IMG/VR virus record: IMGVR_UViG_3300027896_000010 | Location: 96,001 to 160,000 of that record | Source: a virus | Strand: one strand, 5' to 3' | DNA length: 64,000 nucleotides | In this document: positions 62,401 to 64,000 of the stretch, piece by piece | Layout of the letters: each line of letters opens with the position of its first letter | Position numbering within the stretch: position 1 is the first letter of the stretch | Position numbers and translations under genes: made by a program | Notes under the pieces: model-generated | Seen by the model: the letters and a program-made list of their open reading frames with translations, nothing else | The model's database searches: none | What the model was told of the DNA's origin: nothing

Positions 62401-62666
62401 ATGGCATTAGTAACTCGCCATAGATTGCCAGTCTTCGATACATATCTGGGGTCGCTACTATACTTAGGGCCGGGAGACATCCCAATAGTTTTAATGAAAA
62501 TTTCATATAGAGGTCGATAAGCAAAGTTAGGCCCTCGCAATGCATACCCTGCTCCCTCAGAAAACTGACCACCCATTTGTTGCCCAGTAGTTTTAATAGC
62601 CTTAGGAACAGGAGCGCCAGATGGCCCTATAGGATTCATTGCCTCTTTCGTCTGTTCAAATACCAT
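59484..62666 (-). CDS. baseplate hub protein with embedded degenerate M23 peptidase-like domain
   Basis: Hub-like VFTGFI and FWADG.G.F, terminal I.HQF...ST.L; FYSHL...V..G..V..G..IG..G.SG. Confidence 0.8.
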   Translation of the reverse strand: MVFEQTKEAMNPIGPSGAPVPKAIKTTGQQMGGQFSEGAGYALRGPNFAYRPLYEIFIKTIGMSPGPKYSSDPRYVSKTGNLWRVTNAMTGMGTLNKEEDGAASLTFTLNNTGYVFSNAFEAMDMVAVFLKGAVGDFKQVFTGFIQDISDKDPIMQGGELIFQCYDVAKRFQVYTVSPGDETLLKTVTSFEPVNKYIEFFAKKAGFLPQDVQVEPMEDMEGFPGRWDEWQPVTPEGVDGKYGASDIAKAVADYIENPDNVAGDKAVVAQAAAGVTGKDTSSVDDSVREAAQNLQAYQMATYVLVDGMSQQKAEEQFKHDNGYPPTENLFDHPDAVQNLRDKMGYNESNFTKLWNFGTGLFILHDLQSIFSNSDASTAKKESMALIEALQKKLLDGKTDANTLAQWLDKNVLGGEFGDAVAKMKKIKQNLENSKFVRPDMVYPIVRVGHSDFYKDLMIDNEKDEVTFIPTRKGNLTMSQEEKDTINKKIDDAMAKGKSWVNAVKQVVGTETVDITDGIVALQTPQQQSEAQAAQNLKDNLNSQLTNKQLDYLSKKGNDCALDTKIAYKDKTECLYDGWLAVSCCYGTVVSADLSKVQAGIGRRVIIEADDQVSQTQQQVSIEQNARQYYWDHHDELKDKYPQEKDYTDATTAKWRSENGITGDTGAPSTSAMKCYFFYSHLGEDKGDLAVKSGSKVKPGDTIGTIGASGVDENTQSPRLSFRFSPYGLTGKFEDPGLLLQQAQTSGKGDLTYSDMEFSPYIFAQEWITKTENRQFSKAMKLPFFDEVKIIDLMKESIDYGGYHFWADGMGRFIARHPRYFSNPKFYIPKEMTLDCTLMKTDRDMVTHAFVVGDINWDWAVDDTPFTPDAMETGQCTVEDMNATVFAWNKGASPREICNKFGIRKTIYDNKFLHNRQQCARYAMYKFVEANRMRCTAQCTTILMPGPEFFDQVFVESKNMMFTITGIQHQFGIDAQNSTTLTLVAGISPDELGSLRAWLNTARNKQVSSAQSDMEAAWQADDTAKAEWNIIRGMPKKGSDQSMQEWVDSRVSGVSEALPHLY

Positions 62667-62682
62667 GTCTTGACCTCAAGGC

Positions 62683-63585
62683 TTAAGTAGTACCATATTC
62701 ATTAGGGTCTACTCCTTTATAGCCACCAACTGAGCCTGTCGAACTATCAATGCCACCAAGCCCAGACTTTTGACCGCCAATTGATGCATTAGCGGCTTTA
62801 AGGGCATCTGCTCCAGTACTTTCTCTATCAAGTGCTGTACCACTCTGCCCATAATAATCAGCGACAGTCGTGTTAGCATAATCTGTTTCTGTAATATTAG
62901 GGATAGCAATAGTCGCACCGGGAATTGGTTCTCCTGTTGGGGATACAGAATTGGGCTGAATCTGTGCATTATAAGACCGCAAATAACCTGCGAATGCTCT
63001 TGAACCATAAGCGGCTTGTGCCATCCCCGCGAATGTGTCTGCCGATTGTGCAGTAATATTGGTTTGCCCACCACTTACCATGGTTCTTGCAGTATTGAAA
63101 TCGCCCTGCCCCATATTCATATCGCTCGGATTCATGCTTCTCCCTGCCAAACTTGGGTTACTCAGGTCACCCAGAATTACAAAATTGACACCAAAAGTCC
63201 AACGCCATGGCTTTTCCCAAGACTCGGTATAAGTAACAGAAGTTATGATTACCTCAAAGTCTTCACCACGCATCGGATTTACATACCTTACTGTATCTCG
63301 TTTCTTTTGTTGGTGACGCCATATGTTCTTTAATCTCATTACGGTTCCAATAGAATTCTTGGTGGTCTCTCCCGCCCAAGTTAACTCTACTGGTTTCTCT
63401 GGGCCTAGCTGGTAAACAACACCACCCTGAGTATCTAGCTCCATTGTTCGAGTAGTGATTGTATATGTCATTGACTGTGGGTTAATAAACACATCCAAGC
63501 CAGCGATATTGACCCTCTCTAGTGGAGCCATCGCATTAACTGGATTAGGCCCACCACCCAATACCGTTGCAGGAGTTTCAGGCAT
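62683..63585 (-). CDS. tail tube initiator-like protein with LysM-like domain
   Basis: INPQSMTY N-terminus; ADTFAGMAQAAYGS.....L..YN......G..I.IP. Confidence 0.7.
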   Translation of the reverse strand: MPETPATVLGGGPNPVNAMAPLERVNIAGLDVFINPQSMTYTITTRTMELDTQGGVVYQLGPEKPVELTWAGETTKNSIGTVMRLKNIWRHQQKKRDTVRYVNPMRGEDFEVIITSVTYTESWEKPWRWTFGVNFVILGDLSNPSLAGRSMNPSDMNMGQGDFNTARTMVSGGQTNITAQSADTFAGMAQAAYGSRAFAGYLRSYNAQIQPNSVSPTGEPIPGATIAIPNITETDYANTTVADYYGQSGTALDRESTGADALKAANASIGGQKSGLGGIDSSTGSVGGYKGVDPNEYGTT

Positions 63586-63603
63586 ATCTTATCTCCTTAT
63601 CAT

Positions 63604-64000
63604 CTACTGATTGCCATATAGTCCACTGCCCTTTTGCATAGAATAGTCTGCTTCAGCGGAAGCATTGGTTTTAAACACAGTTGCCTTAAACTGGTCAGAA
63701 GGCTCAATCTTAACTGTTAACCCGCCCTGAGTTGCTGTCAAACTACCATCGCTACCCTGATTAACATTCAACTGGACTCCACCATACGTTTTTTCCGAAG
63801 CCGCTACCTTTTTGGTTGCACCTGATTCTGCCCATCCAGCCGCCGCATTTGTACCTGACTCCATCCACTCTCCCATCTGAGTGCCTATCCCCATAGGAAG
63901 ATTCTTGACAATATGGGCTATGCCCCCTCCCCACTTTCGTATACCTGCGGCTACTCCTGCTGGCCCCTTCATAATAGCCGCCGCCCTTCTGGCTTTGATA
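63604..64000 (-). CDS. probable tape measure protein C-terminus (partial)
   Basis: Frame stays open beyond the Met at 63972 to the window edge; Ala/Gly-rich; upstream of LysM-like gene. Confidence 0.6.
   Translation of the reverse strand, partial: IKARRAAAIMKGPAGVAAGIRKWGGGIAHIVKNLPMGIGTQMGEWMESGTNAAAGWAESGATKKVAASEKTYGGVQLNVNQGSDGSLTATQGGLTVKIEPSDQFKATVFKTNASAEADYSMQKGSGLYGNQ

Noticed and set aside
123-63333. All plus-strand ORFs in the track (e.g. 1659..2243, 32229..32846, 32901..33551, 41065..41736, 49409..50200)
   Set aside because: They are antisense shadows of well-supported minus-strand genes, with no recognisable motifs or consistent SD sites.

Overview
A 64-kb internal segment of a large tailed phage with a contractile-tail (myovirus-type) baseplate module. 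Every credible gene lies on the minus strand, with strong GGAGG Shine-Dalgarno sites and frequent stop/start overlaps. In transcription order (right to left): (1) 64-42.5 kb holds the end of the probable tape measure gene plus tail/baseplate genes (LysM-like protein, hub with a degenerate M23 domain, gp25-like wedge, baseplate J, 2767-aa and 1249-aa adhesin-like proteins), followed by a holin. (2) 42-34 kb holds host-like regulators (OmpR-family regulator with a degenerate receiver, SigH-like sigma factor, RHH protein), a metallophosphoesterase, tRNA-Glu and tRNA-Asp. (3) 33.6-28.5 kb is the standout: an apparently complete phage-encoded ubiquitin-like conjugation cassette with two E2-like paralogs, a JAB/MPN protease, an E1 (ThiF-family) enzyme and a Ubl ending GG-CL. 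It has several internal sigma70-type promoters, most carrying a TGTGA-N2-TCACA-like box, and ends at a terminator followed by an iteron-like repeat region. (4) 28-14 kb holds a methyltransferase, tRNA-Gln, GNAT, SNF2 helicase, AbrB-like regulator, truncated HNH, RtcB and a WYFAEG-repeat surface protein. (5) 14-0 kb is a dense array of small paralogous Cys-rich and membrane ORFs sharing short exact DNA boxes. tRNA-Gln and tRNA-Glu both have C instead of the near-universal U33. The host is probably a Gram-positive-type bacterium, possibly an Actinomycetota lineage (inference only). All family assignments come from motif recognition by eye; no database search was run.
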